A stretch of 63,675 nucleotides of DNA, the filler included, from Globobulimina sp. (taxonomy: Eukaryota), in assembly GCA_003354225.1 (NCBI GenBank). It is 53 parts of 53 records of this genome, joined end to end, with 100 filler letters (N's around TTAATTAATTAA, not from the genome) between each part and the next. Parts side by side here need not be neighbours in the genome. Positions count along the whole stretch, not along the records: positions 61,372 to 62,473 come from PIVH01023468.1; positions 62,574 to 63,675 come from PIVH01023469.1; 51 more parts are not named here. One strand, given 5' to 3'. The notes beneath the pieces were generated by a model. It ran no database searches, was not told the origin of the DNA, and saw nothing but the letters and a program-made list of their open reading frames with translations. The number at the start of each line of letters is the position of its first letter. The stretch's first letter is position 1. A program made the translations under genes and the position numbers. Below, piece after piece: positions 61,529 through 63,675 of this stretch.

Positions 61529-62473
61529 TTGGTCAAAGTATGTATGGCAAATAACACACAAAGTAACATTGTAATAAAACAAATAATAGATCAATTAATG
61601 CAACATCGAAGTGCGAAATCTGACGGTATTTTGATTGAAAAGAAAGCCGTCATAGAAATGGCATTGAATGAATTTGTACAGTGGTTATTGGATGGATTTG
61701 GTAATTTATTTTATATCATTAAATTTTTATTCATTTCGCATTGGAAAGTTCATATTATTTATGGTACGACGATTAATTTAGCATTGAAAGCATTTATTAA
61801 GAAAAAATCGAATTTTATGATTCTGTGGAATACGGTGACAGAGAGAGTATTAGATACATTACTAAAATCTTCAGAGAGTGATCCGGATCGCATGCCAGTG
61901 ATTAAATATATTTTGGCAAATTTTAAGAAAATGCGAGTGTTTATTAATGGGACAATAATTCCGATGATTAATGATACGGAAATGAGTAATGATGCATTTT
62001 GGATTAAGGTGGCTGTCGGATTTGAAGTCAATAAATTTGTAGCGAGTGAGAATGAGCCAAAATTGGCATGGAATTCTGCAAATTTTATGCATGAATGGAA
62101 GCAAATGTGCAAATCCGATGATAAACCGGCAATTGTAATGAATGCATTGCCTGAAGTTTGTTTAGGTGACATCGATGAAGTAGCATTAAACGAAAAAAGC
62201 AAAGTGAAAAAGAAAGAATTTGCGTGTTTTACATGCGGAAAACCGCATTTTCAGCGAAATTGCCCTACGCAATTAAAGAAGAAACTTGCTGAAGAAAGAA
62301 AAAGGAACAGAAGAGATTGGGAGAAAGGAAATCAATATGAATATGGAAATCGAACGAAAAGAAGAAGATTGAATGGGAAACAACATAGTCGTTATCCGTA
62401 TGAGTCGCAACGTGGAGATGCAGAAATGAGTGATAATGGGCATAGAAATCGAGAGAATGAGAGGAAAGAGAAT
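61529..62473 (+). CDS. Gag-like protein with CCHC zinc knuckle (possible retroelement ORF1), 3'-partial
   Basis: CFTCGKPHFQRNC (Cx2Cx3Hx4C variant) followed by basic region; intronless. Confidence 0.45.
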
Positions 62474-62573
62474 NNNNNNNNNNNNNNNNNNNNNNNNNNN
62501 NNNNNNNNNNNNNNNNNTTAATTAATTAANNNNNNNNNNNNNNNNNNNNNNNNNNNNNNNNNNNNNNNNNNNN

Positions 62574-63675
62574 TTTAAATGTTCCGGGGAGACAGCCACT
62601 GTTCTTTCACATTTATTATGTCATAAAACATCGCAGAAAGAGACATTCAATGCAATTAATTCGTGGTTGAATGGCCAAAATAATTTATATTTATGTCGAT
62701 TGGGAATGGAATCATTAACTTCGGCACTTATTACAAGTGTTGGTATCGCAGAGGAATTGCTATCAAATTCGTTTTCAAATTTAATTACAAGAGATTTTAT
62801 TTCAAATGTTATGTCGTTGATAAATAGCAAAGATTTGAATGTATCACTATCCGCGTTGAAAAATATAAAGTTTCTTGTTTTAGCACGGATTAAGACTGCC
62901 ATTCAGAATGAGATTATTGATAAATTGTTGTTGATTTTATTAAATCGAACCAAATCATCGGCGGACTATATCGAAAAAATATCGTTTGGTCCGATTACGA
63001 AATTAATTGACAAATCGGCGTGTGTTCGGTCCTTAGCATTTGAGATCATTGCAGATATTATTGAGTACAACAATAATTTTATAAATTTGAATGGCAATTT
63101 CTTGAATTTGTGCATCGAGCAATTAATTGATGCCATACAATCGAATGACAGTAACGTAGTAAATTATGCATGTCAGTCCTTTCAAATATTAATAAAATCT
63201 GGATTTGTACAATGCGAACATATCACAAAAGCGTTAATACAATGCATTACCAAAGAAATTGAAGGCTGTAAAAAAGGTACAAATGAGAATAGAAATAATA
63301 GCAACAATAATTGTAATAAGTTAGATTCGAATAAAAAAGAGAAATTGGGCCATTTGTTGCATTTTTATGGTGTAATACGGAAATCAATCTCAAATATATT
63401 ATCATTGAATTATATAAATACAACATGGAATTCAATCTCGTCGCTGATAAATCAAATTGAACAAAATCCATCATTTTTAATTCGAACGCCTTCGATGATT
63501 TATAATGAAAATATGGATATTGGCCAACCATTGTTGTTATCGCCTTCATTGCGCTCACATTCTATTTCTTCGCTACAACGACAAAATTCATTACAATATT
63601 TAGAACCCTTCAATAATATCCATGTTGTTTATAATCACGCAAACAATGCGAATGACAATGATACGGTTGATTTTT
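62574..63675 (+). CDS. Divergent CAND1/TIP120-like HEAT-repeat protein, C-terminal fragment (absent from ORF track because frame has no stop)
   Basis: Stop-free frame through the contig; DYIEKISFGPITKLIDKSACVRSLAFEII resembles CAND1 [29 protein letters not shown]. Confidence 0.6.

Noticed and set aside
1-63675. Uniform ~1.1-kb units as gene-sized nanochromosomes
   Set aside because: Lengths simply decrease 1104 to 1102 (size sorting), genes are cut mid-frame at edges and there are no telomeric caps

Overview
This window is not one locus. It is 53 unrelated short contigs (20 of 1104 bp, 29 of 1103 bp, 4 of 1102 bp, sorted by decreasing length) joined by an artificial 100-bp spacer (N44-TTAATTAATTAA-N44), so adjacency across spacers means nothing. 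Most contigs come from an AT-rich, gene-dense microbial eukaryote with short GT-AG introns (about 40-85 nt) and the standard code. The gene families suggest a foraminiferan or other rhizarian protist, but that is inference. Recognisable housekeeping and signalling genes include LSm4, NAA20, DDX1, glyoxalase I, a PTS2-bearing thiolase, Maf, BolA, G-alpha, a two-pore channel, EML, a PH-RhoGEF, a HYOU1-like Hsp70, a CAND1-like protein, RCC1, SMYD, and CDPK-, synapsin- and actin-like pseudogenes. Mobile or viral material includes RT, RNase H, tyrosine recombinase and a possible gag of DIRS/Ngaro-type retroelements, a LINE endonuclease, a BEL/Pao gag relic, a MITE-like inverted repeat and a CRESS-DNA-virus Rep. 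The most interesting items are (1) an apparent ammonium transporter (Amt) C-terminus fused in frame to an RGS domain, (2) an intron-containing, secreted pesticin-type muramidase, (3) the CRESS Rep, (4) an ADP-ribosyltransferase-like protein with His in place of Arg, (5) an RT with HIDD instead of YxDD, and (6) contigs carrying bacterial-looking fragments at their ends, probably amplification chimeras. All family assignments are by-eye motif recognition, not database searches.
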